From Octopus vulgaris (Eukaryota), in the NCBI GenBank assembly GCA_951406725.2, contig OX597825.1:22382001-22446000 (forward strand): a stretch of 64,000 nt of DNA. Direction: 5' to 3'. Made by a program: the position numbers and the translations under genes. The stretch's first letter is position 1; every line of letters begins with the position of its first letter. The notes under the pieces are model-generated. The model searched no databases, was not told where the DNA came from, and saw nothing but the letters and a program-made list of their open reading frames with translations. Positions 1 to 13,148 of this stretch are shown here, in pieces.

Positions 1-1005
1 CTTGTCAAACACACCAACCTTAATGTTGTCACTGGATAAAGCTGGAAATGTTCTGTTTAAGTATGTGAAACAGTCTCAGTCTCAGGTTTTCAACGCATAT
101 TTTACACACTGTATAGGATTTGTCATGGTCACTCAGCATCATGTCAAGTTAGGTAAACCTTTTTCACAAAATCGGAGATTTTGCTTCGCTGCCTAGGTAT
201 AATTTGACCTCCACACATATAGAAAACATCGAGGCTACTTTTGCAAATTACTTCTTGCAACTGTTCATATTTCTAAAATTCAAAACATGTCAGCGAATTG
301 TCACCTCCGGAAAAGCATTTTCAGCATTGTCAACAGTTATAAAGTGAGCAAAAACAGATTTGTGAAAGCATAGCTCCATAAAGAACATGCATGTCGTGAA
401 GTTCTTTGACAATATTTGACAGAAAGGGATCTTGATCCACGAAACTTCACATTAAAACCTTTAACATTCAAAAGCTATCAGCTTTATAAGAAATGTTCAA
501 AACGTCTCATCTGTATTGCAATGATAGCCACAATAAAACAAGCACAACGTTCCTATATCTGGAAACAAATTCCACAAGTATGAGTTATGTATTATGCCAA
601 CGATCCCAGAAGTGAGTTGTTTATGTACATCTAATTGTAGAAAAGGCATTTCTGTTACCGTCATGACTTTTAAAACTGGTCAGATTGAAAATAGTGAAAG
701 TTGCTCAAGTGTGATGCTTTTTATTTACTGAAGATACTTAAATCATAACTTTTGTTTTCACGTTTGTAATTGCATTTACTTTTAATAATATTTGAAAGTA
801 TGTTTTCAAAATTATGTCAAGTTCCATACATGGGTCTGCATTTGATAAAGCCAAATGTATCCTTAGAAGTGGTGACAATACCAAGAATGTTTGGGGAAGT
901 CTTGACGTGATAGAGCGAAACCGATTTCGTTTTGGAGATCAGCGCCCCAGAATTAGATTGAAACATGTTTCCAATATGCGACAACCAAAGTCTTGTTCTC
1001 CAGGT
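1..1005 (-). mobile_element. Chapaev3-like (CMC) DNA transposon relic, internally deleted, runs off the window edge
   Basis: Minus-strand translation gives ICKSSLDVFYMCGGQIIPRQRSKISDFVKKVY, DHDKSYTVCKICVENLR and DCFTYLNRTFPALSSDNIKVGVFD. These match my recollection of the Chapaev3 N-terminal Cys-rich motif and the central CF.YL...FP.LS..K.K.G.FD motif. 900-1005 (rc acctggagaacaa...gctgatctccaaaacgaaatcggtttcgctctatcacgtcaag) resembles a Chapaev3 terminus. Stops are present. Confidence 0.7.
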
Positions 1006-1230
1006 TAATACAATGTTGATGGAATCGGCTCGTATGCATAGGTGGAAGTGGAAATCGTATCTCCAGTGAAGTTGTATGCAGTGTATTGAGTGATTTTTAT
1101 ACAAAACTGAAAGGTAAATATGGTGAACCCAGTTATAATTATACAACAGTTTAGTTTAATTAACGCCATATTTGGTCCGGACAAGGTAATTTTTATGAGG
1201 ATATATTTGTTAATATTTCAAACATTCTAA

Positions 1231-1447
1231 TGGTGGCGCATTAGCAGAATCTTATATGAACCAGATTAAAAGGTTTGCCGGCATTTTTATCAGCTCTTTA
1301 CCTTGCTAGTTCAAATCCTATTGATGATTATTTTGGCTTTCATCATTTTGAGGTTAATTAAATAAGTTCCAGGTAAGTGTTGGGCTCGATGTAACCAGTT
1401 AACCTCTCCCCTTAAAAGTGTTAACCTTGTTCCAAAATTTCAAACCT
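1231..1447 (+). mobile_element. Degenerate tRNA-derived SINE with Meta-like core
   Basis: ttagcagaatc...gttcaaatcc (B box)...ctttcatcattttgaggttaattaaataagttccagg...ccttgttccaaaatttcaaac; collinear with better copies at 18995-19540. Confidence 0.65.
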
Positions 1448-1971
1448 TTGTTTTCTTCTGTTTCTCAGCCGGTGTATTATCATCTTCTAACGAGATGATA
1501 ATACTAGATTCTAGTTCACAGACTTCAACGAGGGATATCATTAATATATTAGTTATCGTTTAATTCCATAGCAGCTTTGGTCGTGCAAATCTATAACAAG
1601 GCGCTCCTACTGTAGCTACCAATACTTTATCCGGTAAAAGTGTATATAAGGCTGCATCATTTAATGTGGCAATGCAATTTTTAAGACAGCATGCAAATTG
1701 ATGGAGATTTAGCTAGTATTTGTAGAATTTTCAGTAAGCGATCCTTTATAATGTTCACTGTCAATTCGTTAGATGAATTTTCAGAGTTTGACATAAAATA
1801 TGCTTGGCTGATTCAGTCCCAATTTACCGAGAATGGAATTCTTATTATGCTTCTTTGCCCCGCTCAATCCCTCATTCGTCCATCTCTGGTTTAAAATGCT
1901 GTATTCTTGTTTTGTCTTATTCCTCTGTGAACCTTTCATACAAAGCGCTTTACTGACCAAGTGGTCTTTTA

Positions 1972-2338
1972 TTTTTTACATGTTTCATTTACTTGATGCG
2001 GCCATGCTGGAGCACCGCATTGAAGAGATTTAGTAAACAAATCCATCAGAGTCGTTATTGTTTCCAAATTCTGGTACCTATTATATGAGTCTCTTTTAAC
2101 GAACAATTAAATTACGGGGACATAAACAAACCAACTGCTGTCAATCAACGTTGGAGAGAAACGCAAACAACAAAGATACACATTCACACACACACATACA
2201 TACACACACGACGAGATTCCACACATTTTCCGTCTGTCAAATTCATTTGCAAGCCATTGGTCGATCCGGGGCCATAATAAAATGGATTCCAGCGTATAAC
2301 CATCTGGTTGCAAAGCACGCTTCTCGATGACTGCGCCA
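1972..2338 (-). mobile_element. Degenerate OK-type tRNA SINE
   Basis: gcggccatgctggagcaccgc tail, internal (CA)n, ends gactgcgcc; reverse complement of the 3021-3416 family. Confidence 0.7.
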
Positions 2339-3020
2339 ATATCAAACGAAAATTATATTTTTGAACGCCATAGATTTGTACGTGAAATATGAAGTTTACA
2401 TAAACGCTCCCTTACGAGAACAAACTTTAATAACCCTGGTGGAACGAAAACTGAGACGCGCTACCAAAAGCCGAATACGCAAGCGAAAAGTTTAATACTA
2501 TAAGTTATAGTTGTGCTCGTCTCTAATTTTTCGTTCACTTACAGTTATCTTATGATTGAAATTGCTATTGACAACAACAGAATGTGAGTAGGCTGAAAGA
2601 CCGAATATTTTATTTAAAGTAGCTGTACCTTGTGAAATGTTTTTCAACTGGCAAAATACCAAATGAAATTATTTAATATAATTTAAATATTGCACTCCTT
2701 TCAAATTAAGTTGGCTTTCAGGGATACCTGATATCTCTTACCTCCCATGTCTTCTAAAATATTCTGCTTAAGGTATTTGGGGAGAGGGACGGATAGGAAC
2801 TATGATTTTTATAGCAAGATGCTAAGTTACAATAAAAGGAATGCTTCAACAGGAAATGACATATGTTGTTGCTAGAAAGAATACGTGAAGAAACTTAACA
2901 AAATTCTTAATAGAATTTGAGGCCTGACATAAAAATAAATATTTTAAAGGCAACGATTTCCTGAGTTTTACAATTTCAGATTATTCTGAAAGTTATTTGC
3001 CTAGGTTAATCTGCTTCAAA

Positions 3021-3416
3021 GGCGCAGGAGTGGCTGTGTGGTAAGTAGCTTGCTAACCAGCCACATGGTTCCGGGTTCAGTCCCACTGCGTGGCATCTTG
3101 GGCAAGTGCCCCGGGCCGGCCAATGCCTTGTGAGTGGATTTGGTAGACGGAAACTGAAAGAAGCCTGTCGTATATATGTATATATATATATATATGTGTG
3201 TGTGTGCGTGTGTTTGTGTTTGTCCCCCTTGCATTGCTTGACAACCGATGCTGGTGTTTACGTCCCCGTCACTTAGCGGTTCGGCAAAAAGAGACCGATA
3301 GAATAAGTACTGGGCTTACAAAGAATAAGTCCCGGGGTCGATTTGCTCGACTAAAGGCGGTGCTCCAGCATGGCCGCAGTCAAATGACAGAAACAAGCAA
3401 AAGAGTAAAGAGTAAA
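3021..3416 (+). mobile_element. tRNA-derived SINE (octopus OK-type), near full length
   Basis: A box tggctgtgtgg, B box ggttcagtcc, CORE-like cttgggcaagtg, internal (TA)/(TG) tract, tail ggcggtgctccagcatggccgcagtcaaatgac, (aagagta) end repeats; near-identical copy at 51106-51535. Confidence 0.9.
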
Positions 3417-3754
3417 TGTTTCTTTATGTTCATTTTGGCAGACGAAAATATGGCGTGAAGCTATGTAATTGAGTTTGAATCGATATAGCTGAGCTGAAGA
3501 CAACGTAATTGATTTCGAAATCTAGGGTCGGTTAGATCGAACCCAATAACCTACTGATACCTGTTTAATTTGTCGATCTTTGAATGGTGAAATATAATGT
3601 CGATCTTAGCCTGATTTGAACTCAGAACGAAGAGATGTATCTAAATAGCTTTAGGAATGTAATGCTCTCCTTATACGGCATCTTTGAAAGCAGAACCAGA
3701 AAATTTTACAAAATGTATTTGTACCTTTGCCTACAATTTAATCAGAGTCCATGA

Positions 3755-4020
3755 GGGTAAACGGCCCAGTGGTTAGGATGTACCAGTGACGATCGCGAGA
3801 TCCTGGTTTCAATTCTTGGACCAGGTGGCACATTGAGTTCTTGAGCAAAACGCTTCATCTCACGTTGCTATGCAATCACATCGACACCTGACGTGTAGTA
3901 CACCTGTTCAGGCAATGTCGATTTGACGGGGAGAGTGAGCTAATGTACAGCAAATGCATTTTATCACTATAAACAAACCATTTGTCCTCGCTGTTTTGCA
4001 AGAAATTACAGAATCATCTT
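3755..4020 (+). mobile_element. Old tRNA-derived SINE
   Basis: ggcccagtggttagg (A box), ggtttcaattc (B box), gttcttgagcaaaacgcttcatctcacgttgc (CORE-like). Confidence 0.65.
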
Positions 4021-4559
4021 CCCCGCACTACAAACGGCTAAAATTATACCGTCAGAGGCCCTTCAGTAACCTTCTCTTGTGTGGATCCATACTGTCAACT
4101 CTTTAGCCAGGTGTGGGACATCTAAAGCGTGGCATTGTAGTCAGTATAGAGTTCAGGCTGCGAGTTTGCTTTGATTACTTTTTCGCGTAAATTTAAGGAC
4201 CTTTCTGGACGTACATTAACTTGGAGAACAGCAAAATGACCACAAATGGCTGAAAACTAGTTATGCAGCTTGGGTTGCCAAATGCCACGTTTAAGAAGTG
4301 ACCAATGTTCCAGCCGGCAGATTTAATTTTTCCGTAACTCGAGTTTCATTCTTAACTCCATCTCATACAGTTCGATATCTTAATACATCTCTTCAAATAA
4401 ATAAAACTGTTCTTCTGACTAATGGAACAGGCTCACTATAAACGATTCCCTTTCAAAAACAACAAAAACAACCACAGTCATCTTAACATTTGATTAATAT
4501 TGTAGTGCTATAATTTTTAGTGCTTGTGATTATGATCTGCATTATTATAACGACCGTCA

Positions 4560-5050
4560 TTTTGTTTCGACATCTCCTCTCTGTGGCTCGGTTCTCTTTT
4601 CATCTGCCAACGATTGCAACACAAATTTTGCGCAACACGACGCCTTTTCATTTTTTTCTTTCATAATCATATAACACGAACTGTTTAGAGATATCCACTT
4701 CTTCGGCAACTTCCCAAAGAAGCATTCTTTAAAAATATGTGTTCCAAAACTTCACAAACAAAAAAAAAATCGACTATTTTTCAATGATTTCAGTGCCAAC
4801 CATCGCAATGGTTATCGTTTCAGTTGTCATGGAATATCGTCAAGATTAAAGACTGTCCATCTTTGATAGATGTTTTTCGTGATTTGAATACTGATACCAT
4901 TTGTGACATTGCATTTCGGTCGAAAAATTCTCCCAATATCCCTGTTGCAACATTAAAAGCAGTCAGAAATAAATTTATTTCAAATTCAAAGAGAATTTCA
5001 TGAAAAAAATGTTTATGACAAATCACCAAGTGCACTAAACATTCTTTCAT
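4560..5050 (-). mobile_element. Mariner transposase N-terminal relic
   Basis: Minus-strand peptides AMSQ..FKSRKTSIKDGQ, EVAEEVDISK and AKFVLQSLADEK resemble the mariner HTH region and the AKFVP.LL..EQK motif; frameshifted. Confidence 0.55.
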
Positions 5051-5599
5051 TCTAACAAGTCTAGATCAATGACCAAAAAACGTAGCGTGATTGTGACTAT
5101 AATTCGACTGTAGACAACGTCACTGATTGGTTGCAGCAAACCTGGAAGCAAGCAATAAATGATGGTCGACTATTTGGTTTAAATTTCCGTTATATTTTTT
5201 AACGCACATAGCATATTTCAATGAAGTTTCAGTTGGTGGCACCCACGGGGACTATATTTTATTTAACCCGAGAAGAATAAAGTCAAATACGATCATATAA
5301 GAATGTAAACTCAGGACGTAAAACGATGGAAATAAACGGAGTTAAAGGCTTTCGCAGATATTTTACTTTTCCGCCATTTTCCCCCTCTCGTTCATGATAA
5401 ATGTTTTCTTATCGGCAATAATAAAGTTACATAAATAAATGTCACAAGGGTAGGTATCATAAGATTTCACTGACCTCCAGAAATATGTTGTGATTATAAA
5501 TATTCTAAGCCTATGAAAAGGGAGTTGGATAAAATCAATTATAGAATTTACTAAGAGCTTCACCTTAGTTCGATTATATATTTTTCCTTTTCCAATTTC

Positions 5600-5643
<44 letters not shown>

Positions 5644-5989
5644 TAAATGCCATGTGTGTATGTATGTGTTATGTAACCGCACATTGCAGTATCACATACT
5701 AGATATCTATGCTGACCTAAGTTTCAGGTCATAAAAGAAAAGGAGGATGGAGTTTATGAGGATTATCCTCTCGGAATACTAAATCTACACAAATGTCCAC
5801 TCGGCGAGCTGAAACTTTTAATAAGGAGGACCAACAATCTAGATCATATATTATTATCATATTATTTAAATCTCCATATCTTTTATTCAATACGATATTT
5901 TTTTTTTATTCTTGATGATTGTTCCGTGTCGATTGACTTATACTCCCTTATGACTATTACATTCATAAATGTTTCTGAAACAGCGATTG

Positions 5990-6133
5990 CAGGTTGGGTA
6001 TTTGTTAACTCGGACGCCAATGTTCACATTTCTGAAATAAAGTCTGCCGAATCGCTGAGTTACGGGGACGTAAACACACTGGTACCGATTGGCAAGGAGT
6101 CAAACATAGACACAAAGACATACACACACACAC

Positions 6134-6190
<57 letters not shown>

Positions 6191-6393
6191 CTATCTCAAA
6201 CACACACACACACACACTCATATACGCATACGACGGTTTTCTTCCAATTTCGTCTTCTAAATCCGCTCACAAGGCTTTGGTCGACATGAGGATATAGTAG
6301 AAGGTACTCGCATAAGGTGCCGCACAGAGGGTCTGAACCCTTAACAACCCGGGTGGGAAGCAAGCGTCTTACTGCATACGAACGCCTGCGCCT
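5990..6393 (-). mobile_element. Degenerate OK-type SINE
   Basis: gttacggggacgtaaacac, ctcacaaggctttggtcg, aaggtgccgcacagagg, ends cctgcgcct; reverse complement of the 3021 family. Confidence 0.7.
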
Positions 6394-6482
6394 ACTTACT
6401 ACACAACAACACAAACAAATATACATGCACACGCACACAAACACACATAAATGTATATATATATCGATATATATATATGCGC

Positions 6483-6543
<61 letters not shown>

Positions 6544-6755
6544 TGTATGTATGTATGTATGTATGTATATTTGAAAAATTGAATAGAAATGGCTTTTCCG
6601 GTGATTATTTCACCTTAATAATTATATGCTTATATGGTATATTTTACTAACTTACAAACGTCTAATTATTAATGTGTAAAAATTATCAGGAAACCTACTT
6701 TTATTCATTTTTTCAAATATATAATACTGTACCAAGGACTTCAATTTTTTTTCTA

Positions 6756-6794
<39 letters not shown>

Positions 6795-6796
<2 letters not shown>

Positions 6797-7130
6797 AAAA
6801 CACGGACGGGTCATTCGAAGCCTCTAATCTTCAGTCAAGAACCGGATCATCCTAGCAATTTCGGCTGATTAATCTTGAAATTGCTCCAATCTGGCCAGCC
6901 GCAAGGAAAAACTAAGTTATGAGCATTAGATTCCTTGGAAAAAGGATCGAATATATACGAAACAAGGACAGAAAAACGGGCGATGTTACACGAATATAAA
7001 TACAAAACAAAACCCCAAAATAATACGAATATAAATACAAAAAAACAATAGTAATAATAATAACAGAACATAACAACAGGCGTCTTTCGACTCAAGCTTG
7101 CGTATTTGAGAATTAAGCCTTACGGCAGAC
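6795..7130 (-). mobile_element. (TA)n-anchored unclassified element; second copy at 46085-46285 (+)
   Basis: rc ctggccagattggagcaatttcaagattaatcagccgaaattgctaggatgatccggttcttgactgaagat matches ctggccagattggatcaatctcaagattaatgagccgaaattgcgaggatgatctggttctcgact at 46091; both end in (TA)n. Confidence 0.7.
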
Positions 7131-7329
7131 AGGTGTGTGTGTATGTATACACGAGTGTTTGTGTCTTGTGTTTCTGCCATACTGTAACCTAGTATTTCGG
7201 CAATAAAAATCGATAGAACAAGTACTAGATTTACAAATAAATCCTGGGGCCTATTTCATGTCTAAACCTCACAAGATTATTTACATTATTTCCATTTGAA
7301 GGATATTTATCCTCATCTTGTTTGTTGTT

Positions 7330-7375
7330 AACACAACGTTTCGGCTGATATACGCTCCCGGTTTCATCAGGTGTC
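7330..7375 (-). ncRNA. Minimal type-I hammerhead ribozyme motif (stem II partly mutated)
   Basis: rc GACAC CTGATGA A accgg gagcgtatat CAGCC GAAAC GTT GTGTT: stem I GACAC/GTGTT, intact core, loop-less palindromic stem III AACGTT. Confidence 0.7.
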
Positions 7376-7675
7376 TTGGGGAAATTACGAATACGGGTTC
7401 TCATTCCTAAGGTATTTTTCGATGTTGATGTTGTTGTTGTTGTTATTGTTATTGTTGTTGTTGTTGTTGTATTTATTCAGTTCACTATCTGGAATTAAAC
7501 TCGGAAACTTGGGGGTAGCAGTCCGCGCTCTAAACCACTGAACTATATGCCCATGGGAATGTGACGTAGGGTTTAAGAGCGCAGGCTAATAACCCCAAGA
7601 TTCCGAGTTCGATTTCAAGCAGTGACTTGAACAACAAAAGCAAGAACAACAACAACAACAATAATAATAATAATG

Positions 7676-7737
<62 letters not shown>

Positions 7738-7786
7738 CATCGAAAAATACCTCAGGAATGAGAATACAGGTTCGAAATTACCCCAA

Positions 7787-7832
7787 GATACCTGATGAAG
7801 GCTGGAGGGTATATCAGACGAAATATTGTGCG
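7787..7832 (+). ncRNA. Minimal hammerhead motif, decayed copy
   Basis: gatac CTGATGA A GGCTG gagggtatat CAGAC GAAAT ATT GTG; stem III changed from AACGTT to AATATT. Confidence 0.55.
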
Positions 7833-8094
7833 AACAACAAACAAGATGAGGACAAATATCAGTCAACTCTAAAAAATGTAAATAATGTACGTAATTCATA
7901 TCTCTTAAATATAGAACTGTAAACCTCACAAGGCAGTGTCCTAAAACGGCCCCTGTCCAATAAGTAAAAGAAGTAAACAGGTTTTTAAATAAATGAATAA
8001 CAACCCTGTCACACACTGCAACGAAACGGTCCTAAGCGACTAACAACTCCTCTTAGTCAGCATCCTTGATTTGTATGGTTTTTATCTGTTTTAA

Positions 8095-8425
8095 TTGGCT
8101 CAGTGGTTAGAGCGTCGAGCTTACGATCGTGAGGTTGTGAGCTCGAATCCCGGACCGGGCTGCGTGTTGTGTTCTTGAGCAAGGCACTTTATTTCACGTT
8201 GCTCCAGTTCACTCAGCTGTAGAAATGAGTTGCGACGTCACTGGTGCCAAGCTGTATCGACCTTTGTCTTTCCCTTGGATAACACTGGTGGCGTGGAGAG
8301 GGGAGGCTGGTATGCATGGGCGACTGCTGGTCTTCCATAAACAACCTTGCCCGGACTTGTGTCTAGGAGGGTAACTTTCTAGGTGCAATCCCATGGTCAT
8401 TCATGACCGAAGGGGGTCTTTACCC
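8095..8425 (+). mobile_element. tRNA-derived CORE-like SINE with TSD
   Basis: tggctcagtgg A box, gctcgaatcc B box, cttgagcaaggcac; tttaattggc duplicated at 8090-8099 and 8426-8435; a related tail lies on the minus strand at about 25260-25390. Confidence 0.85.
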
Positions 8426-9229
8426 TTTAATTGGCCCCGAAATAATTTTTTTAAATGAGTTTGTCTTCAGCTGGAGATGAAGTTTGTGAGTAGGGTGTTG
8501 GGACGAATGACATGGTACACATAACCTAATGCTAGAGAGAATTTACCGATTCTCAGACTTAACAGTAATAAACAATTAATTGTTGTCAGGAACTATACGA
8601 AAATGACTTTTTAACTCCCATGTATTGCGGGATTTTAAACCAGAAAGCAATATCGAGAAATGTAAAACTAAAAAAAAAAATCGAGAAATGTAAAAATTAA
8701 AAATAAATCCTAGGAATATCACAAAACAGCAATTTGTAACACCAGAGCCAAAATGACACCACCACGACAACCACCACCATCGCCATCAGCACCACCACCA
8801 CAGCAACAGCAGCAATGGCAAGAATCATTCAATTAGAGTAATGGTATCACCAAGACAAAAATATACTAAAAAGGAAAAATGGAAGAAGAGGAACACCAAA
8901 TCCGGAAGTTGCTGAAGAACATGAAGTGTAAGAAAAAAAAAAAAAGTGTGTGTGCGCGCGTGTGTGTGTATGTGTGTGTGTGTGTGTGTGTTTGTGCGTG
9001 TGTGTGGATTGTGAAGAATGTTCGATGAGTTAAAGGAGAAAAAGAGAAGAGTGTTGTGGAAAAGAAATAAAGGATGAAAAGAGAAAAGGTGGAAGAGAAA
9101 AAGAAGGCGCCTGGTAGTTGTAGTAGTAGTGGTTGTAGTGGCGGTTTTAGTGGTGACGGTTGTAGTGGTGGTGGTTGTCGTGGTGGTGGTGGTAATTGTA
9201 ATGGTGATGGTTGTAGTGATTGTGGCAAT

Positions 9230-9905
9230 GGTAAAGAAGAAAAAGAAGATGATGAAGAAGAAAATGAAGAAAAAGTAAAGGAAGAAGAAGAAGAAAAAGA
9301 GGAAGAAGAAGAAGGAGAAGAGAAGAAGAAGAAGAGGGAGGAGGAGGAGAAGAAAGGGCAGAAGAAGAGGAAAGAGAAAAAGAAAAGGAAGAAAAAGAAG
9401 AGATAAAAGAAGAAAAAAAGGAAGAAGAAGAAAAAGAAAAGGAAGAAGAAGAAAAAAAGGAAGAAGAAGAAAAAAAGGAAGAAGAAGAAAGAGAAGACGA
9501 AAGAATTTTATATGCAATTAAAAAAGTATTAAGAAACTATAGACAAAAGATATTGATAATATGTTTGAAGAAACAAATTGGAATAATGGAGTAGAGAGAG
9601 ATAAATGATAATACAAAGAAGAAGAAGAAGAAGAAGGAGAAGGAGAAGAAGAAGAAGAAGAAGAAGAAGAAGAAGAAGAAGAAGAAGAAGAAGGAGAAGA
9701 AGAATTGAGATAGAATTTTAAAAGAAATAAAAACTGAAAAGAGGATAACAGACGCGCGCCGATAGTGATGATGATGTTGACGATGGTAAACCAGAGTGAC
9801 ATAAATAAGATAAGGATGGAGATGAGATAGAATAAAGAAGACAGCATTAATAAAAATAAGCAAGAAGGCGGAGAAGAAGAAGAAAAAGAAGGAGAAGGGG
9901 AAGAA

Positions 9906-9937
<32 letters not shown>

Positions 9938-10720
9938 AGAGGAAGGAGAAGAAGAAGAAGAAGAAGAAGAAGAAGAAGAAGAAGAAGAAGAAGAGGAGGG
10001 CGGAGAAGAAGAAGAAGAAGAAGAAGGAGAAGGGGAAGAAGAAGAAGGAGAAGGGGAAGAAGAAGAAGAAGAAGAAGGAGAAGGAGGAGAAGAAGAAGAA
10101 GAAGGAGAAGGAGGAGAAGGGGAAGAAGGCGGAATTGAAGAAAAAGAAGAAATAGTAGAAGAAGAAGAAGTAAGAAGGCGGAGAAGAAGAAGAAGAAGAA
10201 GAAGAAGAAGAAGAAGAAGGCGGAGAAGAAGAAGAAAAGAAGAAGAAGAAAAGAAGAAGAAGAAGAAGAAGAAGAAGAAGAAGAAAAAGAAAGAGGGGAG
10301 AAAGAGGAGATGTGGAGGATGACAAGAGGGATAAAATTAAAATAGAGATGAAAGCGGGAAAGATGATGATAGCGGCAACGATAAAGATGATGATAATGAT
10401 AGTGATGGTGATGATAGTGATAATAGTGATGTTGGTGATGTTGAATCAGAATGACAAAAAAAAAAAAAGAATGAATAATGGAAAATAAAAAAAAAGTAAA
10501 AGAATAATCAAGAAGAAGAAAAGAAAAGAAGAAGAAAATTAAAGGGATAGAGAAGAAAGAAAAGTATAGGAAGAAGGAAAAAAGGAAGAACAAGAGAAGG
10601 GAGTAGAAAAGAAGAAATACAAAAAGAAGAAAAAGAAGAAATAAAAATGAAAAAGAAGAGGTCGAGAAGTTAGAAGAAGGAAAATTAGAAGATGAGAAAG
10701 AATGTCTAAGTATCCAAATG
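9230..10720. repeat. About 1.5 kb polypurine (GAA/GGA)n tract
   Basis: Direct reading; recurring ggcggagaagaag and gaaggagaagggg sub-units. Confidence 0.95.
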
Positions 10721-10782
10721 ATGATGCTAATATGAATAGAATGGTAGATTTAGCATTCACAGAGAAATCTAGTGGCAAGGAA

Positions 10783-11320
10783 CCACCACCACCACCACCA
10801 CCACCACCACCACCACCACCAATACCACCAACACCACCTATACCACCACCACTATCAGAACTACTACACTGACAAGAACATCACCCACCACCACCATCAA
10901 CACTACCAAGACCACCACCATCACCACCAACACCACCACCACCACCACCACCTATACCACCACCACTATCAGAACTACTACACTGACGAGAACATCACCA
11001 CCACCATCAAAACTACCAAGACCACCACCATCACCACCAACACCACCACCACCTATACCACCACCACTATCAGAACTACTACACCGACAAGAATATCACC
11101 ACCACCACCATCAACACTATCAAGACCACCACCATCACCACCACCACCACCACCACCACCACCTATACCACCTCCACTATCAGAACTACTACACTGACAA
11201 CAACATCACCACCACCACCATCAACACTACCAAGACCACCACCATCACCACCACCACCACCACCACCACCACCACCATCATCATCATCGTCGTCGCCATC
11301 ATCATCATCATCATCGTCAT
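10783..11320. repeat. Higher-order minisatellite (4 units, 101-114 bp) built on (CAC)n
   Basis: cctataccacc(a/t)ccactatcagaactactacac recurs at about 10837, 10951, 11052 and 11162. Confidence 0.9.
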
Positions 11321-12089
11321 AATAAACGACAGTAAAAATACCCATTAAAATAGGTAATATGATTTAGTGTATCCTTATAAAAAACAAGGTTAACAACAAC
11401 AACAACAACAACAACATGAACCCCCACCTAAAACAACAACAACAACAATGTCAAGAAGAAGAAGAATGCAAAAATGCAAAGTTGAAATTGCGAAGAATTA
11501 GTAGTTGAATAATGGATACCACGCCGACAACAATAAAATTAACAATAGCAAAAGCGACAACAATAGCAAGAGAAACAATAACCACAGCAGCAGCAGTGAC
11601 AGCAATAAGTGTTGCAGCAACTGTTGCAGCTGCAATAACATCACCAACAGCAACAACAACAACAACAACAACAAAGCAAGTGACAGTAAAAAGCAGTATC
11701 ATCATCATCATCATCATCATCGTCGTCGCCATCATCATCATTATCGTTGTCATCATTAGATTTGTCGTTATCGCCTCCCATCATATCACCATCATCATCA
11801 ATCATCATAATCGGTATTATCGCCTTCAGCTAGAGATTCCATCGTCATCATCATTGTCATCGTTGTCGTCGTCGCCGTCGTACTTCTTATCATCATCATC
11901 ATCGTCATAATCTAGAACGACGACGACGACGACAACTGCAGCGAAGATTTGGAAATTCGTTGAAGAAAGGATATATGCTTTGCATTACAAGGACACTGGG
12001 TGGGTGGGGGAAATACTAGCACAGCAATAAACTAATAATAATAATAATAATAACAATTATAATAATAATAAAAATAAAACAACAACAAC

Positions 12090-12151
<62 letters not shown>

Positions 12152-12224
12152 TAATAATAGTTACTGGTAGTGAACAGCTGACACTTTAGTACGTTAGAAG
12201 GCTGTCCTAAGGCAATAATAATAA

Positions 12225-12255
<31 letters not shown>

Positions 12256-12376
12256 AACAACAACAACAACAACAACAACAATAACAATAATAATGATAGG
12301 GGGTTCCTAGCATCTAAGGTTTACTTATTGTAACCCGATGTATTTTTTATAACAGTATAATGTGTAGTGTATACTT

Positions 12377-12417
<41 letters not shown>

Positions 12418-12420
12418 AAC

Positions 12421-12487
<67 letters not shown>

Positions 12488-13078
12488 GTAATAACAACAA
12501 TAATAATAATAATGATGATAATGATAATAATAATGATGATGATAATTAGTGGATGAAGTGACAATAAAATTAAGTATAATGTTGGCAACAACAGTTATTC
12601 GGATTGTAATAACTCTGTCCATATTTGTAGTGACAACGACAGCAACAGCAACAACTGCTACAAGTTGAAAACTGACCAGAAGTGGCGACGTTGCGTAAGC
12701 GCGGAATCTATCCATAGCAGATTCACGATACCAGCCACAACAATAAAAACGGTTTTAATACCAACAACGACTCCGACAACAACAACACCAGTACGATAAA
12801 CACGATATTACCCGCATTGTTAACAGAACAACAACAATAATAACAACAAAAAAAGAACAACAAAGACTTGGAAACAGTCTAATTAACATCAGTGATATAA
12901 CATCGACAACAGAGAAAAAAAACAACGAGAGTTTGTTAAAGAAAGAGTTCGTTGTTAAAGCGAACTGCGAACACTTTACAAAAGATTACGGGAAAAATAG
13001 GACGGAAGATATAAAGAAGAAAGAATGGTAAGTCTATGATATTGGATACTATATACACGCACACACGGCGATGAGATG

Positions 13079-13148
<70 letters not shown>

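Larger units (their letters stand above)
7276..7919. mobile_element. Head-to-head inverted dimer of a tRNA-head / (AAT)n / hammerhead-tail element, 13-bp TSD
   Basis: Left arm 7276-7553 is the reverse complement of the right arm from 7554. Centre is cccatggg (7550-7557). TSD taaacctcacaag at 7263-7275 and 7920-7932. The element splits the tail of an older OK-type SINE. Confidence 0.85.

Noticed and set aside
10783-11320. CRISPR-like repeat/spacer array
   Set aside because: Intervening sequences are themselves repeated (CAC)n variants; eukaryotic context, no cas genes.
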